Below, piece by piece: positions 10,916-22,462 of a stretch of 64,000 bases of DNA. The stretch comes from Mobula birostris. Its lineage: Eukaryota. The notes below the pieces were generated by a model. The model was not told the origin of the DNA and made no database searches. It was given only the letters and a program-made list of their open reading frames with translations. The stretch's first letter is position 1. Every line of letters begins with the position of its first letter. The position numbers and the translations under genes were made by a program. The stretch spans positions 90,734,491-90,798,490 of the forward strand of contig NC_092374.1 of assembly GCF_030028105.1 (NCBI RefSeq). The letters are read 5' to 3'.

Positions 10916-11451
10916 ATGGTTTAGGGCAAAGTTTACCCTGTTCCCAATTCCTTTTCTCTGTTCTAAGAGTGAGTGATAGAGCTGTATTCTGCGAGTTTAA
11001 CGTCGTTCACCCAGGAATACTGCCAATGAGTGGAGGTTCTTGGTAAAGAGGTCAGTGAGAACAGGGAGACCACTCTGGGTTTTGGAATTTGCATCACCAT
11101 CAGAGCATTTTAGTATTGGTTTATTATTGTCACGTGTACTACGATACAATGAGAAGCTTGTCTTGCCTGCTGTCATTACACAGTGCATCAAGGTAGAATA
11201 AGGTAAAAGAATAACAATGCAGTATAAACTACCTTAAACATGCAGTGCTGGTAAACAATAAAGGGCAAGGTTACAACAAGGTGCCAAGGGACCATCTTAT
11301 TGATCAGTCAAGGGTCTGATAACAGAGGGATGGAAGCGGTCCTTGAGCCTGGTGGTACCCGCTTTAAGGTTTTGTATCTTCTGACTGATGGAAGAGGGGA
11401 GAAGAGAAAATGTCTGGGGTTAGTGCATCTACCCCTCCTCATGGCCCATTA

Positions 11452-12457
11452 CACTGGACAACAAAGATTTTGCTTCCTGAATACCTTTAGGTGTATCTTA
11501 TGAATTTTGGGCTACTGATCATGAAAATCACCATGAAATTTCCCTATCAGGCACCATTTTTAAATAAACTTATGTTTATTATTTCAATTCATAATTCAAG
11601 TCAATTAAAATGTTGCCCACAATGTAAGCTGGAAAGTTTCCTATCTTGTCCAGGCATGCTTGGGCATGCTTAGGCAGCACGGCTGCTACATGGCAGGACA
11701 GGTTTTAGTAATAATTATTGGGTTCAGGACTGTAAGGATGGAATTCTCTATCACCAGGCACAAAAATTTCTATGAAGGATTTTGATGTTTGAGACAGATG
11801 CTTTCCAGAATAACTGATGCCAAGATGAAGAAAAGCATTTTTGTTGGTCCACAAATCAACAGGTCATCAATGACAGGCAATTTGAAGAATTTCTAGTGGG
11901 ACCGGAGAAAATCACATGGAAGGCATTGAAGGAAGTTGTTGAAATTTTTCTCGGCATCTACAGAGCACCAAACTACATGCAGCTGGTTGAAAGCATGCTT
12001 CAAGCATATAAAAGCATGAAATGCAACATGTCACTAAAGATTCATTTTCTGCATTCCCATTTCGGCACGTTCCCTGCAAATCTTGGTGCTGTTAGTGACG
12101 AGCATGGTGAAAGGTTTCACCAGGACATTGCGGTCATGGAGAAAAGATACCAGGAAAACTAGAATCCATCAATGCTGACGAACTATTATTGGACACTTAA
12201 GCGAGAAACCTCGGACACTGAGTACAAATGAAAATCATTAACAAAATATTTTTAACTTAGTTGAACTATCGCAAAGCATCAGCACCATTATGCAATTAAA
12301 CACATTATATTCAATAAAAGTTAATTTGTCGCTTCTCCAAATTCCTATGTGATACAAGTAGTCTGAAATTATATTTGTGTTCATCTTCAAGCAGTCTATC
12401 ATAAACAAAAAAAAATTCTGAGGAAGCAACACTTCTGAAAAAATTTGTTGTCCCGTA
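11452..12457 (+). mobile_element. Chapaev3-like (CMC) DNA transposon, internally deleted
   Basis: TIRs CACTGGACAACAAA / TTTGTTGTCCCGTA, 3-bp TTA duplication on both sides. Transposase C-terminus AKMKKSIFVGPQI and MSLKIHFLHSH...GAVSDEHGERFHQDIAVMEKRYQ (ORF 11896-12162). Confidence 0.7.
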
Positions 12458-15024
12458 TTAGAGATATCCCTAACATTTCCTGGAATCACTTTCCATAGAC
12501 CATAGACACAGGACCAGAATTAGGCCATTCAATCCATTGCGTCTGCTCTGCCATTCCATCATGGCTGATTTATTATCCCTCTCAACTCCATTTCTTCTCC
12601 CTGTAAACTTTAACACTCTGACTAACCAGGAACCTATCAACTTCCGTTTTAAATACACCCAATGAGTTGGCCTTTACAGCCATCTGTGGTCATGAATTCC
12701 ACAGATTCTCCACACTCTGGCTAAAGAAATTCCTCCTCATCTCTGTTCTAAACAGACATCCTTGTATTCTGAGGCTGTTCCCTCCCATCCTAGACTCCCG
12801 CCACTATATGAAACATCCTCTCCATGTCCACTTTATCAAGCCCTTTCAATATTCAGTAGGTTTTAATGAGATCCCCCCCCCCTTTTTCTTCTAAACTCCA
12901 GAGAGTACAGGCACACAGCCGTTAAACCTTCCTCATAAGTTAATCCTTTCATTCCTGGGATCATTCTCATGAATCTCCTCTGGAATGTCTCCAATGCTAG
13001 CACCTCCTGTCTGAAATCAGGGGCCGAAAACTGCCGCCTGACCAATACCTTGTAAAGCCTCAGCATTCCAGACACATTCCAATGACGTGTGGGGTCGGAG
13101 GGTTAATTGTCCCCCTGCGTATGGGTGAGGGGTGGAATCGGGGGGGTGCAGTTGGTGGGTATATGGGGAGTACAGAGATAGGGAATGGTGTTGATGTATG
13201 AGCTAGTGTAGCTTCGATGGGCTGAATGACCTTCTTTTCTGTTGTAGGGGAATAGGTTTACTGGTGCCCCTGTCAGTCAATGTCAAGTTGGCAAGCTTGA
13301 GGGAAGCAATGGTTTGCAGGGATGTACGGAGAAGGGCAGGGTGATTGAGAATGATGGGAGCCAGAATGGATTCGGTGTCCTCCTCAGCCATTAAGATTTC
13401 CTCCTACATCCCTACGGGGTCGGGGGGTTAATTGGCCAATGTGGATTTCCCCCAATTCCTGGTGTGGGTGAGGGGTGGAATTTGAGGAGAGTTGATGGGA
13501 ATGTGGAACAGAGATGAGGAGGAATTTCTTCAGGCGGAGGGTGGTGAATCTGTGGCATTCACTGCCACGGATGGCTGTGGAGGGCAAGTCATTGGGTATA
13601 CCTGAAGTGGAGGTTGATAGGTTCTTGATTAGTAAGGGTGTCAAAGTTTATAGGGAGAAGGCAGGAGAATGGGGTTGAAAGGAATAATAAATCAGCATGT
13701 ATGAATGGAGGTGCAGACTCAATAGGCTGAATGGCTTAATTCTGCTCCTATGTCTTATGCTCTTATGGTGTCTACGGCCTGGATTTTTTTAGGTCAGATA
13801 TTTGTAGCAGGATATCCTGCTAGACCATGAGAACTCAACTGCCCTGATTAATCAGTAGCTGTACTTAAAGTGGCAGTTGATTGGTCCTGGATTAGTTAGG
13901 GTTTCAAAGTTTACGCGGAGGAAGCGGGAGAATGTGGTTGAGAGAGAAAGTAAATTAGCCATGATCGAATGATGGAGCAGACCTGATGTCCCAAGTGGCC
14001 AAATTATGTTCCTATGTCTTACAGTCTTAAGTACACAAGAGATTCTGCAGATGCTGGAAGGCCAGAGCAGCATACAAAATGCTGAACGGTTCACTTTTTT
14101 GGGCCAGAAGCATTGACTGTCCATTCCCCTCCATAGATGCTGCTTGACCTGCTGAGTTCCTCCAGTGCTCTGATGTTCTTCTGGATTGGTATCAGTGGGT
14201 GGCTGATGCTCAGCATGAGCTTGACGGGCTGAAGGGCCTGTTTCTGTGCTGTGAGGCCCTGTTACTCAACCACAGAGGTTTCAAGAAGGAAACAGAGATG
14301 AACTCCAACCGCTTCCTTTTTCAATAAAGCTTCCTCAACCCGTCTGTCAGCTTCCTGACTTGTTACACCGCAGCTTGTGACTATACTGGGTCAAAGAGTC
14401 ACAGCACTGCCTTAGGCATACAGCCACTGCTCCTTTAATGGCTCAGTCTAACGCGTTCTTGCTGCCGGTATCTTTGCACACCTTCATAGCTCTACATTTC
14501 TATAATCCAGCACCCTGTCCTCTTTTCCCTCCCGTCCCACCTTTTTATTCTGATGGCTTCCTCCTTCCTTTCCAGTTCTAAAGAAGGGCCTCGGGCCAAA
14601 ATATTGACGGATTATTCATTTCCATAGATGCTGCCTGACCTCCTGAGTTCCCCCAGCTTTCTGTGTGTATTGCTCTGCATTTCAAGCCTCTGCAAAATAT
14701 TTTGTGTTTAGGCTTTAACCCTTTGCTCTTTGGTGGGTTCAGAATCAGGTCTATTGTCACTGATGTGCACACAGTGGTCAACTCCTGCACTTAATAAAGT
14801 GACCGGTGAGTATCTGTTCATGGTCTTCTGCTGCTGTAGTCCATTCAGAATCAGGTTTATTATCACCAGCATGTGTTGAGACATTTGCTCAAGGTGTTGT
14901 GCGTTCACAGGTGCTCTTCTGCACACCACTGTCATAACGTGTGGTTATTTGAGTTGCTGTCGTTTTCCTGTCAGCTTGAACCAGTCTGACCTCTCTCATT
15001 AACACTGTGCTTTTGGTCTCAGAA

Positions 15025-15328
15025 CTGTCACTCACTGGATAGTTGTTTGTTTTTCACTCCACTCCTGTAAACTCTAGAGACTGTTGTGAATGAAAATCCC
15101 AGGAGATCAGCAGCGTCTGAGATACTCAGTCCATCCCACCTGGCACCAACCATCGTTCCACAGTCAAAGTCAAATATCTTCCCCATTCTGATGTTTGGTC
15201 TGAACAACAACTGAACCTCTTGACCATGTCTGCATGCTTTTATGCATTGAGTTGCTGCCACACGATTGGCTGATTATTTATTTGCATTAGTGAGCAGATA
15301 CACTAATAAAGTGGCTACTGAGTGTATG
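15025..15328 (-). mobile_element. Tc1/mariner non-autonomous fragment, second copy
   Basis: Peptide GTMVGARWDGLSISDAADLLGFSFTTVSRVYR; TIR-like AATAAAGTGGCTACTGAGTGTA. Confidence 0.75.
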
Positions 15329-15490
15329 TTGTGAAACTTATTGTTTTGTGGCAGCAGTACAATGAAATATATCAAATATTACCACAAATTAATAAGAAAT
15401 ATATTAAAAATAAATTTGTGGTATGAAAAGAGCAAAGTAACGAGGGAGTGTCTGTGTGTTCATGCATCTGAAGGCAGAGGAGAAGATTAA

Positions 15491-16781
15491 AGTCACAGTG
15501 GGGGGGCACTAGAAGCAAGGGTGGACCCAAATGCAAGACCCATCTTGTAAGGTTAATTAAGTTGAGATTACTGTTCGATACCAGGAGAACAAAACAGAAG
15601 CAGGAATAGCGAACTGGACAAGGACTCAAGATTACGACTAGGCTGGGACTAGGGGTCTGGGCTAGGACTCAAAATTGGATCCCAGAACTAGAGGAGACAT
15701 GAAGAGGCTAGGATATGGACTCCGAGCCCGAGACTGGGCAAGGACCCAGTACCTGGGTCTTGATCTGGGCTCAGATCCCAGAACCAGGCATGGACATGAC
15801 ATGGGCTAGGGAGAGGAGGAACATGGAAAAACAGAGCCTCGGTCTCGGGAGAGCAGGTACATGGAACCATGGACACATACACAGAACAGAGAGCCGGGAC
15901 CCCCCCTAGGGTACAGGACATAGGGCCGGGACTCATGACCCCCTGCGGGGCAACGGCAAGATGGCCTGACTTACCCCACAGAGGCGAGGACAAGACACGA
16001 CAAGTCATGAACACCCATGGGGCAACGGCAAGACGGCCAGACTTACCCCACGGAGGCGAGGACAAGACAAGACCAACACGAAAGAACACCAGACAGTACC
16101 TATCTAGCTCCGGCGATAGAACTGGACCGAAGTGCAGGCAAGGGCTGCAGACGAGGGCTAGAGGCGAGAGGGGCAGAGAAGGGATTCAGACAGTGGGGTA
16201 GGGCAGGAATCACAGACCGCCAGGGCCAGGACTTGACTCAGAACTTGGGTGCCGCCAGGACCAGGACTTGACTTGGAACTTGGGTGTCGCCAGGGCCAGG
16301 ACTTGACTTGGTACTTGGATGCCCCCGGAGCCAGGACTTGACTTGGAGCCTCCGGGTAGTGGCGAGCTCTCAACTCGGCCCGGGAACAGTAGACAGCGGT
16401 TCTTGATTCCCTCCGGCGGGTTAACTGACGGACCCACCTTGATGAGGAAACTTTGCAGGCTCGCTTCAGTGAGGTAACTGGACAGGGTTGCTCCGATGAG
16501 GAAAGGCGAATTACCGGCACTCGCTTCGGGCGGAGACTAGGCTTGCTCCGGCCAGATGACAATGGCACGCCGTACCTTTGGTAACTTTGCAGATGCTCTC
16601 GCACCGAACAGCTGAAAGCCAGAGACTATGAACTCCCAGTTCAGTCGAGACTAAATTGCCTCCAATCACCAAAGCTGAGGGACACAGGAAAACAGGGAAC
16701 CAAAGGGAAACAGGGAGTCAGCGGTCCGGATCGTAACGTAAACAACGTAAATTTAAAGGGACCCCGATCCGGACCATGACA
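15491..16781 (-). mobile_element. Solo LTR-like element, family A copy 2
   Basis: Ends AGTCA...TGACA with an exact 5-bp TSD ATTAA (15486-15490, 16782-16786). Contains a 35-bp repeat (16219-16350) and a two-copy repeat homologous to the 68-mer of copy 1. Confidence 0.75.
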
Positions 16782-18774
16782 ATTAACACACAAAAATGCT
16801 GGATGAACTCAACAGGTCAGGCAGCATCTATGGAGAGGAACAAACAGTCAATGTTTTGAGCTGAGACCCTTCATCAGGACTTGGGCAGAGAGGAAGAAGC
16901 TGTTCCTAATACCTTGAGTGTGGATCTTCAGGCTCCTGTACCTCCTCCCTGATGGTTGTGATACAAAGAGGGCATGTTCGGGGTTGTGAAGGTCCTTATA
17001 ATGGATGCCATCTTGTGAAGATGGTCCAGGTGGTGGGGAGGTTGCCTGGACTATTGAAACCCCCAGAAAAGAAGCTGATGGGCTTGAAAGCAGAATAGGA
17101 GTGGCTCTTGGTGGGTTTATAAAGAATGCTGGAGCCCTTTGAATGCTGAATCAATGACAATTCACATTAGCTGGATGGCGGATTTTCAAAGTTTTGCTGA
17201 AGAGTACAAGGAGAGGCCATTTGTCCCCAGCAGCCCCACAACTGATGCTCTTGTTCAGGCCAGTCACTCAGTCACCCTTCACCCTCCTCTTCCCCCCACC
17301 CCCATCAGCAGCCCCACAACTGATCCTCTTATTCAGATTGATAATAATTTATCTATCATGTGTACATCAAAACATACCATACCATACTGTGCAAATGCCT
17401 TGAGCACTCTAGCTGTACTAGATATATGTGGTGAAGAGTTTTGCACAGTGCTGCAGAAATTTTACGTATTGCACTGTACTGCTGCCACAGAAAAAATAAT
17501 TTCATGACATATGTGAGTGATGATAAACCTGATCCTGATCTGGGTCTCTATTGTGCACTGAGAGTGGGACGGGGACAAGGAGAGGAGAATCATAGTTGGG
17601 AAAAGGGGAAGGGAAGGGGGAGGGAGCACAAATCACCAGAGACACATTCTGTAATGATCAAAAGACCAGTTGTATGGAATCAAATGATTTTGCCTGGAGT
17701 CTCCGAGCTGGGTGTGTCTGCACCTGCATTCACCCGCCACCCCTGGCACTCCTTCTCTAGCACCTGTCCCACGTCCTTCCCACCGCGCTCCGCTCTCGCC
17801 ATTCCTGATTAGGGTTCTCAGCTCGAAAACACTGACTGTTACAAGAACAAAGAAAGAACAAGCCAAGAGAACAAAAAAAGAGAATAGGGTGAGCAAAGAA
17901 TGTTGTTTTTTCTTTCTTTTCAAATCTTTTTATTCTAATATTATACAGAAACAATAACATGAGTACATTGAAGTAACGACACTTACAATGTCTCAAAAAA
18001 GACTATCTTAAAGATTGAAAAAAGATTTTATGATAACAAAAAAAACCTACTAAGCAGAAAAGTGAGAAAAAAAAGAACCCATTAGGTATACAACCCTGGA
18101 GTCATGTGTCATACAAAAAGCTTCTAAAAATAAACCAAGCCACCAGCAAGAAAAGAAAATATACTAAAAAGTTTACAATTAGATCATGGAAAAATTATAT
18201 CAATTAGCTCAGATGATAATAACGAGCAAATGAGCCCCATCTTTTCTCAAAATCAAATAAAGGTTCAAAGGTTCGACTTCTAATTTTCTCCAAACTAAGA
18301 CATAACATCACTTGAGAGAACCATTGTGACAAAGTGGGAGTCGATGTATCCTTCCACTTCAACAAAATAGCCCTCCTAGCTATCAATGTAACAAATGTAA
18401 TAACATGTTGGTCAGACACAGAAATACTATGAATATTTTGAGGAATTATTCCAAAAAGCACAGTTAATTTATTAGGCTGTAGATTAATTTTAAGTGCTTT
18501 AGAAATTGTTGAAAAAACCGACTTCCGGAACTGTTCCAATATAGAACAAGACCAAAACATATGTATCAGTGTAGCTATTTCAGTTTTACATCTATCACAA
18601 TGACTATCAACATTAGAAAAGATTTTAGAAAGTCTCTCCTTCGTCAAATGATAACGATGTACAATTTTAAATTGAATCAATGAATGGCTGGCATAAATTG
18701 AAGAAGAGTTAACCAACTTCAAAATCCGCATCCAATCCTCCATCATAAAAGTCAAATAAAGTTCCTTTTCCCAA

Positions 18775-20262
18775 GGACTGCATTGGCGCTGCTTCCTGCA
18801 CGCATGCAGAACTTGTTGACTTTATCAACTTTGCCTCCAACTTTCACCCTGCCCTCAAGTTTACCTGGTCCATTTCCGACACCTCCCTCCCCTTTCTAGA
18901 TCTTTCTGTCTTTGTCTCTGGAGACAGCTTATCCACTGATGCCTACTTTAAGCCTACTGACTCTCACAGCTATCTGGACTATTCCTCTTCTCACCCTGTC
19001 TCTTGCAAAAACGCCATCCCCTTCTCGCAATTCCTCCGTCTCCGCCGCATCTGCTCTCAGGATGAGGCTTTTCATCCTAGGACGAGGGAGATGTCTTCAT
19101 TTTTTAAAGAAAGGGGCTTCCCTTCCTCCACTATCAACTCTGCTCTTAAACGCATCTCCCCCATTTCACGTACATCTGCTCTCACTCCATCCTCCCGCCA
19201 CCCCACTAGGAATAGGGTTCCCCTGGTCCTCACCTACCACCCCACCAGCCTCCGGGTCCAACATATTATTCTCCGTAACTTCCGCCACCTCCAACGGGAT
19301 CCCACCATTAAGCACATCTTTCCCTCCCCCCCTCTCTCTGCATTCCGCAGGGATCGCTCCCTACACAACTCCCTTGTCCATTCGTCCCCCCCATCCCTCC
19401 CCACTGATTTCCCTCATGGCACTTATCCTTGTAAGCGGAACAAGTGCTACACATGCCCTTACACTTCCTCCCTTACCACCATTCAGGGCCCCAAACAGTC
19501 CTTCCAGGTGAGGCAACACTTCACCTGTGAGTCGACTGGGGTGATATACTGCGTCCGGTGCTCCCGATGTGGCCTTTTATATATTGGCGAGACCCGACGC
19601 AGACTGGGAGACCGCTTTGCTGAACATCTACGCTCTGTCCGCCAGAGAAAGCAGGATCTCCCAGTGGCCACACATTTTAATTCCACATCCCATTCCCATT
19701 CTGACATGTCTATCCACGGCCTCCTCTACTGTAAAGATAAAGCCACACTCAGGTTGGAGGAACAACACCTTATATTCCGTCTGGGTAGCCTCTAACCTGA
19801 TGGCATGAACATCGACTTCTCTAACTTCCGCTGAGGCCCCACCTCCCCCTCGTACCCCATCTGTTACTTATTTTTATGCACACATTCTTTCTCTCACTCT
19901 CCTTTTTCTCCCTCTGTCCCTCTGAATATACCTCTTGCCCATCCTCTGGGTCCCCCCCCCCTTGTCTTTCTTCCTGGACCTCCTGTCCCATGATCCTCTC
20001 GTATCCCCTTTTGCCTATCACCTGTCCAGCTCTTGGCTCTATCCCTCCCCCTCCTGTCTTCTCCTATCATTTTGGATCTCCCCCTCCCCCTCCAACTTTC
20101 AAATCCCTTACTCACTCTTCCTTCAGTTAGTCCTGACGAAGGGTCTCGGCCTGAAACGTCGACTGCACCTCTTCCTACAGATGCTGCTTGGCCTGCTGCA
20201 TTCACCAGCAACTTTGATGTGTGTTGCTTGAATTTCCAGCATCTGCAGAATTCCTGTTGTTT
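18775..20262 (+). mobile_element. Penelope-like element, 5'-truncated (RT C-terminus plus GIY-YIG endonuclease and 3' tail)
   Basis: Frame open 18776-19795: LPFLDLSV...YLDYSSSHP...IPFSQFLRLRRICS...VIYCVRCSRCGLLYIGETRRRLGDRFAEH. 13-bp TSD TTCCTTTTCCCAA at 18762-18774 and 20263-20275. Confidence 0.9.
20128..20165 (+). ncRNA. Minimal type I hammerhead ribozyme motif in the Penelope tail
   Basis: TAGTC-CTGACGA-AGG(GTCTCGG)CCT-GAA-ACGT-C-GACTG gives the conserved core CUGAnGA/GAAA, 3-bp stem II, stem I UAGUC/GACUG, a GUC cleavage triplet and a loopless palindromic stem III ACGU. Confidence 0.75.
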
Positions 20263-20995
20263 TTCCTTTTCCCAATCCTGTTTAATCTTAGATAAAGGAC
20301 GCTTATCCCATTGTAATAATAAATTATAAATTCTTCTAATAGAACCCTTGATCGAAGGATTCATACTCATAATAGTATCTAACAGGTCAGCCTCCAATAT
20401 GTAAGGAAAATTACATTCCGGTAGAGCTCATGGAGTGAAGTCGTGTTCTTGACTCGCTCCATTACCTCTGAGTTTTTTTCCTATGATCAGCTACATTTAA
20501 GCTAACCATTAAGGCACCGACTTTTATAATACTTTGAAATAAATTGTGTTTTTTGATATTTGGATGTTTTTAAGGTCTGCAATGTCTAAGAATGGGAAAG
20601 ACGGCAAACCTCCGGTGAGACCGAAAGGTACCGATCTTCCTCTGACTGAACCACCGTTAACTTTGAAAGCTATATCGGATCTAATTCAAACAGAAATTTC
20701 AACCTCTATAATGGAGCTGATTCGTGCAGGAATCTCAACTAATCTCCAAATATATCCAAAAAAGAATTAATACCTTTATTTTTCCAAATTAAAAAAATTG
20801 GATCACTCAAAGAAGACCTAAAAAAGTAATTTTGATAAATTAAACTACAAAGTTCAAAATTTAAACTTTGTAGAATGTTGTTATTTAAGTTTTACATGTT
20901 GGGACATCTTAAAATTTGAACAATTTCTGTTGCTGTGCTAAAGAAGTGAGGGTAACAACAAGCTGTTTTGGAGACTGGGAGGTGAACTTCCATTA

Positions 20996-22462
20996 GTCAT
21001 AGTCATTGTCATAGTCATAATCATAGTCATACTTTATTGATCCTGAGGGAAATTGTTTTTTGTTACAGTTGCACCATAAATAATTAAATAGTAATAAAAC
21101 CATACATAATTAAATAGCAATATGTAAATTATGCCAGTAAATTATGAAATAAGTCCAGGACCAGCCTATTGGCTCAGGGTGTCTGACCCTCCAAGGGAGG
21201 AGTTGTAAAGTTTGATGGCCACAGGCAGGAATGACTTCCTATGACGCTCAGTGTTGCATCCTGGTGGAATGAGTCTCTGGCTGAATGTACTCCTGTGCCC
21301 AACCAGTCCATTATGTAGTGGATGGGAGACATTTTTCAAGATGGCATGCAACTTGGACAGCATCCTCTGTTCAGACACCACCGTCAGAGAGTCCAGTTCC
21401 ATCCCCACAACATCACTGGCCTTACGAATGAGTTTGTTGATTCTGTTGGTGTCTGCTTCCCTCAACCTGCTGCCCCAGCACACAACAGCAAATATGATAG
21501 CACTGGCCACCACAGACTCGTAGAACATCCTCAGCATCGTCCAGCAGATGTTAAAGGACCTCAATCTCCTCAGGAAATAGAGGCGGCTCTGACTCTTCTT
21601 GTAGACAGCCTCAGTGTTCTTTGACCAGTCCAGTTTATTGTCAATTCGTATCCCCAGGTATTTGTAATCCTCCACCATGTCCACACTGACCCCTTGGATG
21701 GAAACAGGGGTCACCGGTACCTTAGCTCTCCTCAGGTCTACCACCAGCTCCTTAGTCTTTTTCACATTAAGCTGCAGATAATTCTGCTCACACCATGTGA
21801 CAAAGTTTCCTACCTAGCCCTGTACTCAGCCTCATCTCCCTATGACTATGGCAGAGTCATCAGAAAACTTCTGAAGATGACAAGACTCTGTGCAGTAGTT
21901 GAAGTCCGAGGTGTAAATGGTGAAGAGAAAGGGAGACAAGACAGTCCCCTGTGGAGCCCCAGTGTTGCTGATCACTCTGTCGGACACACAGTGTTGCAAG
22001 CACACGTACTGTGGTCTACCAGTCAGTTAATCAAGAATCCATGACACCAGGAAAGCATCCACCTGCATCGCTGTCAGCTTCTCCCCCAGCAGAGCAGGGC
22101 GGATGGTGTTGAACGCACTGGAGAAGTCAAAAAACATGACCCTCACAGTGCTCGCTGGCTTGTCCAGCTGGGCGTAGACACGGTTCAGCAGGTAGATGAT
22201 GGCATCTTCAACTCCTAGTCGGGGCTGGTAGGTGAACTAGTGGGGATCTAAGTGTGGCCTGACCATAGGCCGGAGCAGCTCCAGAACAACTCTCTCCAGG
22301 GTCTTCATGATGTGGGAGGTCAATGCCACCGGTCTGTAGTCATTGAGGCCGCTGGGGCGCAGTGTCTTCGGCACAGGGACGAGGCAGGACGTCTTCCACA
22401 GCACAGGAACCCTCCGGAGCCTCAGGCTCAGGTTGAAGACATGGCGAAGTACTCCACGTAGC
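20996..22462 (-). mobile_element. Rex1/Babar LINE, 5'-truncated RT
   Basis: YRPVALTSHIMKTLERVVL, KTKELVVDLRR, YKYLGIRIDNKLDW, RLYFLRRLRSF; (CTATGA)n tail at 20996-21032. Confidence 0.85.

Larger units (their letters stand above)
17904..20415 (-). mobile_element. L1/Tx1-like LINE ORF2 3' part, interrupted by a Penelope insertion
   Basis: Minus-strand IQFKIVHRYHLT...CDRCKTEIATLIHMFWSC (zf-RVT/CCHC region). The frame joins across the insert as KQDWEKE-LYLTFMMEDW. T-rich tail with TTTATT at 17904-17935. Confidence 0.8.

Noticed and set aside
13247-13400. Acceptor-like site as terminal exon of gene 1 (similar candidates at about 14276, 26502, 33625)
   Set aside because: Mostly at repeat ends or weak. 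Frames give short peptides without signalling motifs and there is no supporting evidence.
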